From assembly GCA_964561035.1 (NCBI GenBank), contig CAZLNR010000003.1, positions 3,558-57,719 on the forward strand: DNA of 54,162 nt, read 5' to 3'. Numbering within the stretch: position 1 is the first letter of the stretch; each line of letters starts with the position of its first letter. A program made the position numbers and the translations under genes. This DNA comes from an uncultured Gammaproteobacteria bacterium (GTDB taxonomy: Bacteria > Patescibacteriota > Patescibacteriia > Magasanikbacterales > GWA2-37-8). Positions 18,957 through 27,461 of this stretch are shown here, in pieces. The notes below the pieces were generated by a model, which was not told where the DNA came from, made no database searches, and saw only the letters and a program-made list of their open reading frames with translations.

Positions 18957-19658
18957 ATGGCAATGTTTTGTCTCAAAAATTTAGATCCGCTTATACGCGT
19001 AGGCGAACGCTTAAAACAAATGCGCGAACAGCAGTTTTTTTCTGCCGAAGAAATTTCAAAAAAAACACGCATTCCACTCAAATATATTCACGCGATTGAA
19101 GCTGGGCGTTTTTCAGATTTACCAGCCACCAAAGCGCACCAACTTGCTTATATTCGTGAATACGCAAATGTCTTACAACTCAATCCTGCCAGCATCTTAT
19201 ACCAATTTTCACAAGAATCAAATCTAGCAGCTTTGCCTACCATTCATCCCAAACAAGGTTTTTCTCTGTGGCGCATCCACTCTCTTTCTCATGTGTTTAA
19301 ATTTGCAGCTATATCCGTATTGCTCACTGGTTTTGTCGGTTATTTAGCGTGGCAAATTAACGGCGTGCTGCAACCTCCAAAATTATTTGTCTTTACACCA
19401 CTTGACGGCTATATTTCCAACCGTCTTGGCACAACTGTTCAAGGAGAAACAGAAAAAGAAGTTCGACTCACCATAAACGGCAAAGAAGCTATGCTTAATA
19501 ACCAAGGCAAATTTGAACTGCCAATTGACTTGTCAAACGGAGTAAATACCATTACTATATCAGCAACAAAAAAACACGGTAAAACAACCACTGTTACCCG
19601 CCATGTCATTGTCCGCCCCCACCCTATAACTATGACAGAGCCGCAATTATCATACTAA
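18957..19658 (+). CDS. RodZ-like HTH-domain membrane protein with a C-terminal Ig-like domain
   Basis: N-terminal HTH (GERLKQMREQQ..SAEEISKKTRIPLKYIHAIEAGRF), a central TM helix and a beta-rich C-terminus. Confidence 0.6.
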   Translation: MAMFCLKNLDPLIRVGERLKQMREQQFFSAEEISKKTRIPLKYIHAIEAGRFSDLPATKAHQLAYIREYANVLQLNPASILYQFSQESNLAALPTIHPKQGFSLWRIHSLSHVFKFAAISVLLTGFVGYLAWQINGVLQPPKLFVFTPLDGYISNRLGTTVQGETEKEVRLTINGKEAMLNNQGKFELPIDLSNGVNTITISATKKHGKTTTVTRHVIVRPHPITMTEPQLSY

Positions 19659-19682
19659 CTATATAATTTATACACATCTTGT

Positions 19683-20750
19683 ATGCCAAAAATTTCCGAG
19701 GAGGTAAAGGAGAAACTGAAGGCTGCTGAAAGCGCCATTGAACAGATTAAAAATAAATTTGGAGATGGAGCTATCATGAAATTTGGCGAGGCCAAAACTA
19801 TGCAGGTTGACACCGTGCCTACAGGCTGTCTTTCACTTGATATTGCTTTGGGCGTAGGCGGAGTGCCTCGTGGACGTATTATTGAAATTTACGGACCTGA
19901 AGCAAGTGGTAAAACCACGCTCGCACAGCACATCGTGGCTGAAGTGCAAAAATTGGGCGGCATTGCTGCGTTTGTTGACGCCGAGCATGCCTTAGACCCG
20001 GATTATGCCCGCAAAATTGGTGTAAAAGTAGATGAGTTATTAATTTCTCAACCCGATACTGGTGAACAGGCACTTGATATCGTGGAAACTTTAGTACGTT
20101 CCAATGCAGTTGATGTTATCGTAGTAGACTCAGTTGCTGCCCTGGTGCCAAAAGCGGAAATTGAAGGTGAAATGGGTGATTCTCACATGGGCTTGCAAGC
20201 GCGCCTTATGAGCCAAGCTCTTCGCAAACTTACTGGTATTATCAGCAAATCCAAAACCGTAGTTATTTTCATCAACCAGATCAGAATGAAAATCGGTGTG
20301 ATGTTTGGCAATCCAGAAACCACTACTGGCGGTAATGCTCTTAAATTTTATTCATCTCTCCGTGTGGAAGTACGCCGTGCTGCTCAAATAAAACAAGGAG
20401 ATAAAATTATCGGCAACCGTGTTAAAGCCAAAGTTGTAAAAAACAAAGTCGCTCCCCCATTCCGCACATGTGAATTTGATATCATGTACAACGAGGGTAT
20501 TTCAATCTCAGGAGATGTGTTGGACAATGGCGTAATTTATAAAGTCATAAACAAATCCGGAAACTCTTACAGCTATAAAGAAGAAAAATTGGGCGTTGGC
20601 AGAGAAAACGCCAAGAAATTCTTAAGAGACAATCCAAAGCTTATTAAAACAATTTCCAAAGATATTTGGGAAGTTGTAGAGAAAGGCGAAGCTCCGGAAG
20701 AAGAATCCCCTGATACTAACGACGAGGTTCCTCCTCCAACCGAAGAATAA
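19683..20750 (+). CDS. recA: Recombinase RecA
   Basis: GPEASGKTT Walker [10 protein letters not shown], and the typical RecA length with an acidic tail. Confidence 0.98.
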   Translation: MPKISEEVKEKLKAAESAIEQIKNKFGDGAIMKFGEAKTMQVDTVPTGCLSLDIALGVGGVPRGRIIEIYGPEASGKTTLAQHIVAEVQKLGGIAAFVDAEHALDPDYARKIGVKVDELLISQPDTGEQALDIVETLVRSNAVDVIVVDSVAALVPKAEIEGEMGDSHMGLQARLMSQALRKLTGIISKSKTVVIFINQIRMKIGVMFGNPETTTGGNALKFYSSLRVEVRRAAQIKQGDKIIGNRVKAKVVKNKVAPPFRTCEFDIMYNEGISISGDVLDNGVIYKVINKSGNSYSYKEEKLGVGRENAKKFLRDNPKLIKTISKDIWEVVEKGEAPEEESPDTNDEVPPPTEE

Positions 20751-20757
20751 CAAAAAA

Positions 20758-20785
20758 CCCTCTCAGGTACTGAGAGGGTTTTTAA
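20758..20785. terminator. Bidirectional rho-independent terminator between the convergent recA and mgtC-like genes
   Basis: CCCTCTCAG-gta-CTGAGAGGG (9-bp stem), preceded by AAAAAA and followed by TTTTT. Confidence 0.85.
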
Positions 20786-20795
20786 TTTATATATT

Positions 20796-21254
20796 TTATT
20801 TCAGCTCATCCTTATTAAGATCTTTTTTGTATTTTCTATCATCAAACATAAATATCGCTAAAACCAAAAAGCTTGCAACTATAGACAGGATATAATAACG
20901 AACTCCGACGGCCATTCCTATGGCAGCTACCATCCATAAACCAGCGGCGGTAGTAAGCCCCTCTACCCTATTCTCTTTATGTAAAATTGTGCCTGCACCC
21001 AAAAATCCAATACCTACTACAATTTGAGATGCTATACGAGATATATCAGCGCCAAATGCAGTTATGGATAACAGAGTAAAAAGAGTTGAACCGCCGGCAA
21101 CCAATGCGTAGGTGCGAGGGCCGGCCGATTTTCCTCTATTTTCACGCTGCCACCCCAAAATCCCTCCTAAAAATAAAGAGAGGACTACATGTAAAGCTAG
21201 AAATAACTCATTCATATATAATAATTTATATTCACAACTACTATATAATACCAC
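20796..21254 (-). CDS. MgtC/SapB family membrane protein
   Basis: GGILGWQRE...GPRTYALV...GIGFLGAGTIL...GLTTAAGLW. The likely start is MNELF at 21215. Confidence 0.85.
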   Translation of the reverse strand: MVLYSSCEYKLLYMNELFLALHVVLSLFLGGILGWQRENRGKSAGPRTYALVAGGSTLFTLLSITAFGADISRIASQIVVGIGFLGAGTILHKENRVEGLTTAAGLWMVAAIGMAVGVRYYILSIVASFLVLAIFMFDDRKYKKDLNKDELK

Positions 21255-21257
21255 CTG

Positions 21258-21286
21258 TTGACGTTTTTGTTAATTACTGGTAGAAT
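21258..21286 (+). promoter_or_regulatory. Promoter of the tRNA operon: TTGACG, 17-nt spacer, TAGAAT
   Basis: TTGACG-tttttgttaattactgg-TAGAAT, 30 nt upstream of tRNA-Cys. Confidence 0.55.
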
Positions 21287-21316
21287 ATTTTTACTTTTTA
21301 CTGGAGTAGTGTTTAA

Positions 21317-21389
21317 GGGCCCTTAGCTCATTTGGTAGAGCACCGCGTTTGCAACGCGGGGGTGATCGGTTCGAGCCCGATAGGGTCCA
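21317..21389 (+). tRNA. tRNA-Cys (GCA)
   Basis: Manual cloverleaf: acceptor GGGCCCT/AGGGTCC, anticodon loop TTGCAAA, T-arm ATCGG-TTCGAGC-CCGAT. No CCA is encoded. Confidence 0.9.
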
Positions 21390-21395
21390 CAATTT

Positions 21396-21470
21396 GCCGC
21401 GGTAGCTCAGTGGTAGAGCGCAGCCCTGAAGAGGCTGGCGTCGTCAGTTCAATTCTGACCCGCGGCACCA
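21396..21470 (+). tRNA. tRNA-Phe (GAA), with CCA encoded
   Basis: Acceptor GCCGCGG/CCGCGGC, anticodon loop CTGAAGA, T-arm GTCAG-TTCAATT-CTGAC, then ACCA. Confidence 0.92.
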
Positions 21471-21486
21471 AGGTTGTACAAAATAA

Positions 21487-21560
21487 CGGGGTATGGCTCA
21501 ATTGGCTAGAGCACCTGGTTTGGGACCAGGGGATTGTGGGTTCAAGTCCCACTACCCCGA
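21487..21560 (+). tRNA. tRNA-Pro (TGG)
   Basis: Acceptor CGGGGTA/TACCCCG, anticodon loop TTTGGGA, T-arm GTGGG-TTCAAGT-CCCAC. Its last 3 nt belong to the island core site. Confidence 0.92.
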
Positions 21561-23069
21561 CAACACGGAACATCTATAATTTTTAAAGGAATTAACATTT
21601 TGGTCGGTCAAACGTACGGCCACGTTTTTGGCGTAACCACCAACAATTTTAAAACCCCCCACCCACAACCACGACATTTTTCTTCCCCCGAGGCGGCGGT
21701 TCGTTCCGTGCTCTGCCACAAATGATTTTATTTCATAAAAATCATTCGACACCGCCAATTTTTCCGCATGGTGAGCGGCTTTCCAGAATTCACGCATGGG
21801 TTCGATCCACAAAACCCCTTTTCTTCTCAAAGCAGACCTTTTTTGATGAAGGTCTGCTTTTGTTTTAATCAATTCCTCTTTTTTTAAGAGGTAGATTGAT
21901 TTTTCTATAGTATTATCTAAATAGGAATCAACCAGTTTATTTAACCTCTGCTCTATTTCTTGGGTTTTGGTTTCAAGGCTTTGGGAAAAAGAAATATTGT
22001 CATTTTTTAATTCTTTTTCCCATTTCTCTATCTGAGCAAGCCCTTGGCTATACCAGTCATCAGAAATGGCAACAGCTTTGATTTCTGCTTTAATCTGTTC
22101 CGCAAGTTTGTTTTCTTGAAGATATTTTTGTGAGCACGGGCCTAATCTTTTTGTGCAACGATAATAACGGTAAGTTCCACCGTGGCCATGGGCAAATTGG
22201 GCAGTGATGGCCGCGCCGCATTCTTGGCAAGAAAAAAGGCCGCAAAAAGGAAAATCATGACTATCTTTTTTCTTGCGAGGGCGGGATTTGCTTTTGAGTA
22301 TTTTTTGTACGGTTTCAAATGTCTTACTATCCACCAGAGCAGGAAATTTGCCCTCGTAGGCTTCTCCGTTGTGTTGAATAATGCCAAGGTAGGCTTTGTT
22401 GGTCAGAAGCCGAAAAATTCCTGCTTTCACTAGGGGCTTGCCTACACTACTCGCCACGCCCCAAAAACTTAGGCGTTCGGAAAGGCTTCGCAGAGTATGG
22501 TTATGAGTAGCAAATTCTTGAAAGGCTTTAGCTACTATTCTGGCTTTGAGCGGGTCAGGTTCAATATTTCTTGTTTTTGGATTGTTAATATATCCAAATG
22601 GGGCTTTGGTAGGCCATTCGCCGCGCCTAAGTTTTTGGCGAACGCCACGCTTTACATTTTCGCTTAGATTGTCGGAATAATATTTTGATTGCCCAAAGGC
22701 TACTTGGAGCATGAAAAGTCCTTGCGGGGTTGGCTCAAACCAAAAAGTGGGAAAGCGCAAAGAAACTATTTTTTCTATGTCTATACTATATATAATCTGC
22801 CCTCCGTCTATGCTGTTTCTAGCAAGTCTATCCGGATGCCAGGCAAGCAGACCTACAGGCTCTTTGCTCTTTTGTACTTCGTTCATCATTTCATTAAAGA
22901 CTTCTCGGCCGGGTTTCTTTGCGCTTTTACTTTCTATAAAGGTTTGAGCAATCAAAATATTTTCTCTTTTTGCAAACTCAGACAGTTCGGCCAGCTGGGC
23001 TTCTATGCTCATGACCTGCCTTTCTTCATCCTCGGTGCTTTTGCGGACATAGAGAAAATATTTTGTCAT
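21552..23069 (-). CDS. Large serine recombinase (phage-integrase type): resolvase catalytic domain, recombinase domain, zinc beta-ribbon, coiled coil.
   Basis: MTKYFLYVRKSTEDEERQ..SIEAQ...HPDRLARN (catalytic Ser/Arg motifs); GEWPTKAPFGY; CGLFSCQECGA...YYRC zinc ribbon. The start is taken at ATG 23069 because the track's 23180 start adds a non-homologous leader. The 3' ~150 nt lie inside repeat A and the ORF ends inside tRNA-Pro. Confidence 0.88.
   Translation of the reverse strand: MTKYFLYVRKSTEDEERQVMSIEAQLAELSEFAKRENILIAQTFIESKSAKKPGREVFNEMMNEVQKSKEPVGLLAWHPDRLARNSIDGGQIIYSIDIEKIVSLRFPTFWFEPTPQGLFMLQVAFGQSKYYSDNLSENVKRGVRQKLRRGEWPTKAPFGYINNPKTRNIEPDPLKARIVAKAFQEFATHNHTLRSLSERLSFWGVASSVGKPLVKAGIFRLLTNKAYLGIIQHNGEAYEGKFPALVDSKTFETVQKILKSKSRPRKKKDSHDFPFCGLFSCQECGAAITAQFAHGHGGTYRYYRCTKRLGPCSQKYLQENKLAEQIKAEIKAVAISDDWYSQGLAQIEKWEKELKNDNISFSQSLETKTQEIEQRLNKLVDSYLDNTIEKSIYLLKKEELIKTKADLHQKRSALRRKGVLWIEPMREFWKAAHHAEKLAVSNDFYEIKSFVAEHGTNRRLGGRKMSWLWVGGFKIVGGYAKNVAVRLTDQNVNSFKNYRCSVLSG
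21558..21704. repeat. Inverted repeat arm A (147 bp), the perfect reverse complement of 23179..23325. Similarity resumes at 21708-21719 after an indel.
   Basis: Manual base-by-base comparison found no mismatch. The arm starts with the core site. Confidence 0.9.
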
Positions 23070-23113
23070 ACTCCTTAGGTTAAATGTAAAGCGTGGCGTA
23101 AAATTGGCTGTGT

Positions 23114-23132
23114 GTTCCGACTTAATCGGAAC
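23114..23132. promoter_or_regulatory. 19-bp palindrome GTTCCGA-cttaa-TCGGAAC, 45-63 nt upstream of the recombinase ATG. It is a candidate operator or accessory site.
   Basis: Direct reading. It shares the CGGAAC/GTTCCG string with the core site. Confidence 0.4.
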
Positions 23133-23178
23133 GTGGCAGAGCATGGCAACACTTTGGTGTTGGGGCGCCTCTGCGCCC

Positions 23179-23325
23179 ACGAACCGCCGCCTCGGGGGAA
23201 GAAAAATGTCGTGGTTGTGGGTGGGGGGTTTTAAAATTGTTGGTGGTTACGCCAAAAACGTGGCCGTACGTTTGACCGACCAAAATGTTAATTCCTTTAA
23301 AAATTATAGATGTTCCGTGTTGTCG
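23179..23325. repeat. Inverted repeat arm A' (147 bp), ending in the internal inverted core site C2 (23307-23325)
   Basis: Perfect reverse complement of 21558..21704. It is preceded (23133-23178) by a copy of the recombinase 3' end plus a 31-nt insertion containing two hairpins. Confidence 0.9.
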
Positions 23326-23544
23326 AAAATCCTGAACGACGTACGAATGTATTTTGAAACGATTTATTAGCTAGGGGGCTAATGTGTAGGGGCTTTGCCC
23401 CTACAACCCCACAAAATTTCGGCGGGCAAAAAGGAAGGGGTTAGGGGAAGGAATTTTTGCCCGCTGGTGGCGACGATTTCGGAAACCCTACCATTTGTTC
23501 GCCGAAGGGGTGTTGTTTCGTGCACGTTTCACGTGCGCGCCGCC
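23307..23544. repeat. Inverted repeat arm B (~214 bp near-identical, plus a ~24-nt diverged extension). It looks G+C-richer than the flanks and is hairpin-dense. Its partner is 32210..32449.
   Basis: Manual alignment to the reverse complement of 32235..32449 gives identity except for 3 substitutions and a ~30-nt variable patch (23392-23420). The extension keeps a hairpin with a different stem sequence. Confidence 0.88.
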
Positions 23545-23550
23545 ACACAA

Positions 23551-26500
23551 TTACCTCACTTTCAATTTACGATGCACAAAATCAAATATTCTGTGCTTTA
23601 CATAATCTTTCAAATCACGATTTGAATCAAGTTTTTTATATAAATCAAAGTGATTATTGACCATCCCAATCAATTCATCCTGAAACACCGCATCAAATTT
23701 GATTTTGGCCGCTTCACGTGTATTATTTCTAACCGCACCCTCTACTCCTTCGTTCTCTAATAATCGTTTACTTAAATTATTTAATATAATTCTATCATCT
23801 CCAGAAAAATTTGTACCAAATTTCTCATTTACATCCTTAATAATCTTTGACAACAACTCTTTTTCCTCTTCTTGTTCACTTCTACCTCGCCCATCAATCG
23901 GCTCAATTACTCCATCAATATTTTCCAATTCTATTTTTGTCTCACTGGTCTTAGATATTTTATATGATTCCATATCCACACTTTCTAACACTTCAAATGG
24001 CAATCGTTCTTTAATCACCGGCAATTTACGAATTAAAAAACGAACAAACACATATAATTTCTCCAAACTCGTGGCTTCAAAAGTAATAATTTGGGCAATA
24101 AAAGCATACTTACGAATATAGTCCTGTAATTTACTTCTAAAATCCTCTTGCTCCTCAGACAAATACTGTTTAAATCTTACAGCAACACCATCAAGAAAAC
24201 TATTTAAAACCGATGGCTTTGCTCCGGCAAAATAATCAGTAACAAAATGCTCAATCTCATCCTCACTAAACATTTTAAAATTCAAAATATCTCGTTCCAA
24301 ATCGTGCAAAATATTCGGGTCGGTGGCTTCCGAAAGAATAGTGGTAGTGTAATATGGCTGGAACGATTCTTTAATATCATCCGCATCATTTACAAAATCA
24401 AGTACAAATACTTCTTCTTTATTTGGACACGTGCGATTTAACCGACTCAATGTCTGAACTGCATTCACTCCTCCCAATTTTTTGTCCACATACATCACTG
24501 TCAGTAATGGCTGATCAAAACCGGTCTGAAACTTCTCCGCTACAATCAAAAATTTATACTCGTCCTTTTTAAACTCTTCCGCAGTATTTTTTTCCGGCAC
24601 ACCATTCATTTGGCCTTCGGTATATTCTAGCCCACCATCTTTAACCGTGCCAGAAAAGGCCACCATGGCCTTGAAAGGATAGCTGTGGCGCTTTAAATAA
24701 GCATCCACGGCCATTTTATACCGCACAGCGTGCAAACGTGATTTGGTAACAATCATCGCTTTGGCATTGCCGTTAATTTGTTTTTCAATATTATTAATAA
24801 AATGATCCACCATTATTTCTACCTTTTTATTTATCGCATGCTCGTGACGTTCAACATAAGAAATCAACAACATTTGCGCTTTTTTCTTTTTGAATTCCGG
24901 GTCATCCTCGGCTTTTTTGAGCAAAGAAAAATATACTTGAAAAGTTGTATAATTTTTCAACGTATCCAAAATAAATTTTTCCTCAATCGCCTGCTTCATT
25001 GAATAGAGGCTAAATGGGTAAAACTTTCCATCCGACACACTACGTTGGCCAAAAATTTCCAGTGTCTTTTGTTTTGGAGTGGCGGTAAAAGCAAAAAAAC
25101 TAATATTATTTGTTTTTGCGCGACGGCTTTTCATTTCTTTGAGTACCATATCCTCGGTCGTTTCCACTTCAAAAGCCTCCTCTTCATTTTCCGCTTCGGT
25201 TAAAACCACATCTTCATCTGTATTGCTAGACGCATTCAAAACTTGTTTCAAACTTTTTGTACTCTCACCAGATTGTGAAGAATGTGCTTCGTCGATAATT
25301 ACCGCAAATTTTTTACCTGGTATTGCGTCCATATTTTCCACGATAACCGGAAACTTTTGCAAAGTAGTAATAATTATTTTTTCTCCAGCTTCTAATGCTT
25401 CTTTTAATTCTTTGGAACCTTCCACAATTGGCTTAACTACACCGGCAGTTTGCGCAAACTGCATAATCGTATTGCGTAATTGCCTGTCCAGCACACGACG
25501 ATCTGTAATTACAATCACCGAATCAAAAACTTTTTTATCTTTGGTATTATGCAACTCCGACAAGTGGTGGGCAGCCCAGGCGATGGTATTACTTTTACCA
25601 CTACCGGCACTGTGTTGGATAAGATAGCTTTTTCCTGCTCCATTTTCTCTAGCGTCGCGAACTAACCGACGAACGGTATCAAGCTGGTGGAATCGTGGGA
25701 AAATCAATGTTTCGGCAAAATATTTATGCCCTTTTGCATCAGTTTTCTCAATTTTCTCTAAATGTACAAATCTGCTAATTATTTCCAGCGCACTTTCCAC
25801 TGTCCAAATATCCTCCCATACATAGCTAGTTTTGTAACCATCAGCATTCACCGGATTGCCAGCAGAATTATTATTACCTTTATTAAATGGCAAAAAATAT
25901 GTTGCCAGCCCCGCTAATTTGGTGGTCATATATACCAACTCTGTATCAACCGCAAAATGCACCAAGCATCGCTTAAAAGATAACAATTTTTCTTTAGGGT
26001 CACGGTCAGTACGATATTGTTGAATGGCATTTTTTACCGATTGGCCGGTGAGTTGGTTTTTGAGTTCAATGGTAAAAATCGGCAACCCATTCAAAAATAT
26101 CACCATATCAATGGAGTTTTCATTTTTGTCGCTATATTTTACCTGTCGCATTACACTTAAAATATTGCTTTCAAATTGTTTTTTTACTTCCTCATTCAAG
26201 CTGGTCTCTGGCTTAAAATAAGCTAAATCAAACCGCGAGCCGTGGTCGCTTAATCCGCTTCGAAGCACATCCAGAACCCCGCGCGCTTGGATTTCTTCGT
26301 CTAACCGAGTTAAAAATCGCTGCTCCACATCCGCACCATGCTGATCTACCAATTTCTGCCATTCTTTTTCTTGGGACTTTTTTATAAATTCCAAAACAAG
26401 CTCAGCATCAAAACACAAAGCTTTATCATAAACATCAGGCTTACGTTCCAGAAAGCCATTATTTTTTACCAAATATCCCTCAATAAAATCCTCGAACCCT

Positions 26501-26562
26501 TTTTCTGCGGTGTTTGTTTTCATATTATTTTTTTTCAAATATTTCACGTTGGGCTGGTTCAA
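23551..26562 (-). CDS. hsdR: Type I restriction enzyme R subunit (HsdR)
   Basis: N-terminal nuclease region; SF2 motor motifs GSGKSNTIAW (motif I), VIIDEAHSSQ (DEAH, motif II) and TATP (motif III); ~1000 aa. The likely start is MKTNT at 26523, 1 nt after the orf311 stop. Confidence 0.93.
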   Translation of the reverse strand: MNQPNVKYLKKNNMKTNTAEKGFEDFIEGYLVKNNGFLERKPDVYDKALCFDAELVLEFIKKSQEKEWQKLVDQHGADVEQRFLTRLDEEIQARGVLDVLRSGLSDHGSRFDLAYFKPETSLNEEVKKQFESNILSVMRQVKYSDKNENSIDMVIFLNGLPIFTIELKNQLTGQSVKNAIQQYRTDRDPKEKLLSFKRCLVHFAVDTELVYMTTKLAGLATYFLPFNKGNNNSAGNPVNADGYKTSYVWEDIWTVESALEIISRFVHLEKIEKTDAKGHKYFAETLIFPRFHQLDTVRRLVRDARENGAGKSYLIQHSAGSGKSNTIAWAAHHLSELHNTKDKKVFDSVIVITDRRVLDRQLRNTIMQFAQTAGVVKPIVEGSKELKEALEAGEKIIITTLQKFPVIVENMDAIPGKKFAVIIDEAHSSQSGESTKSLKQVLNASSNTDEDVVLTEAENEEEAFEVETTEDMVLKEMKSRRAKTNNISFFAFTATPKQKTLEIFGQRSVSDGKFYPFSLYSMKQAIEEKFILDTLKNYTTFQVYFSLLKKAEDDPEFKKKKAQMLLISYVERHEHAINKKVEIMVDHFINNIEKQINGNAKAMIVTKSRLHAVRYKMAVDAYLKRHSYPFKAMVAFSGTVKDGGLEYTEGQMNGVPEKNTAEEFKKDEYKFLIVAEKFQTGFDQPLLTVMYVDKKLGGVNAVQTLSRLNRTCPNKEEVFVLDFVNDADDIKESFQPYYTTTILSEATDPNILHDLERDILNFKMFSEDEIEHFVTDYFAGAKPSVLNSFLDGVAVRFKQYLSEEQEDFRSKLQDYIRKYAFIAQIITFEATSLEKLYVFVRFLIRKLPVIKERLPFEVLESVDMESYKISKTSETKIELENIDGVIEPIDGRGRSEQEEEKELLSKIIKDVNEKFGTNFSGDDRIILNNLSKRLLENEGVEGAVRNNTREAAKIKFDAVFQDELIGMVNNHFDLYKKLDSNRDLKDYVKHRIFDFVHRKLKVR

Positions 26563-27460
26563 TATCTAAAATTATTAATTTTGGTTTTTGATATAAAGAA
26601 GTCCGTAGTATCTCAGCAGTTATAGTAACTAAACTTGTTTTATAAAATCCTCTATAATCTTCGGTGCCTTTACCATCAGACGGAAGCGCAATTAAGTCAC
26701 GGTGCTTTGGGTCAACGTCCTCTAATCTAAATCGCATTGTATCACCCCTTGAAGCCTGCAAAGCAATTATAGAACCCCTCAATTCCATAATTGCACCATT
26801 ATACATGTCTGGAAGTATCTTCTGGTCATCACCGAGATAATCTCCAAAATTTTCCTGCGTAATTTCAACTGGCTCTAAAAAATCTGGTTTATCACTAAAC
26901 TTCACACTACTCATATCAGTTTCCGCTTCAATAAATGGTTTGAGGATTTTCTTAAATTTATTTCTTTTGACAATTCTATGTAAACGTTTGGTCGGCTCGA
27001 CAGGCATCGGCCTTTCGTTATACGTAGTTTGAATCTTATTTTTCTGATATTTGGCAAAACCAAGACACATAAGTAAATATGATCCAAGTCCGTAGGCAAC
27101 TGCCTTTGCAATATCATAATCAACGGGGTTCTTACCTGCAAAATCATTTAAACTTCTGCGATACTCTAAAAATTTAGCCAGGGCTTCGCCGCCTATCATC
27201 TGGAAAAACTCCAGCGCATGTTGTCCGTGCAAAAATAAATCAGCTGTAGCAACAATCAAAACTTGATTATCGATAATTATCGACCCTTCGCGCGCTCTTA
27301 TTGCCTTAACTTTTACATTACCTTTAATCAGGGCAACACCTCCAATTAATTGGCGTAAAAGTTCCTCAAAACCAATTAACGATTCACCTAAAACTGACAG
27401 GTCTACAGGAGAACTATTTGTCGGTGTGTATTTTATATAAAACTTTGCTTCACATTCCAT
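26525..27460 (-). CDS. Hypothetical protein (orf311) embedded between hsdS and hsdR, with no recognisable domain
   Basis: 311-aa ORF with codon style like its neighbours. TAA-T-ATG junctions at both ends (hsdS stop 27464-27462 / ATG 27460; its own stop 26527-25 / hsdR ATG 26523) indicate translational coupling. Confidence 0.75.
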   Translation of the reverse strand: MECEAKFYIKYTPTNSSPVDLSVLGESLIGFEELLRQLIGGVALIKGNVKVKAIRAREGSIIIDNQVLIVATADLFLHGQHALEFFQMIGGEALAKFLEYRRSLNDFAGKNPVDYDIAKAVAYGLGSYLLMCLGFAKYQKNKIQTTYNERPMPVEPTKRLHRIVKRNKFKKILKPFIEAETDMSSVKFSDKPDFLEPVEITQENFGDYLGDDQKILPDMYNGAIMELRGSIIALQASRGDTMRFRLEDVDPKHRDLIALPSDGKGTEDYRGFYKTSLVTITAEILRTSLYQKPKLIILDIEPAQREIFEKK

Positions 27461-27461
27461 A

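Noticed and set aside
21328-21725. Track ORFs 21328..21573 (-), 21332..21586 (+) and 21534..21725 (+)
   Set aside because: They overlap the three tRNA genes and repeat arm A. The open frames are a by-product of locally G+C-richer structured sequence.
23104-23370. 88-aa ORF (+) whose sequence repeats the recombinase C-terminal tail (NRRLGGRKMSWLWVGG...)
   Set aside because: It is the mirror image of the recombinase read-through, created by the perfect inverted repeat A/A'. It has no independent start context.
23395-23660. Small ORFs inside repeat arms B/B' (23395..23625, 23457..23660; partners 32113..32298, 32123..32314, 32180..32374) as a possible excisionase or RDF
   Set aside because: The paired ORFs share only the residues encoded by the identical repeat core and then diverge. 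One pair overlaps the hsdR 3' end and its start is non-ATG. The differences between copies preserve hairpins, not codons.
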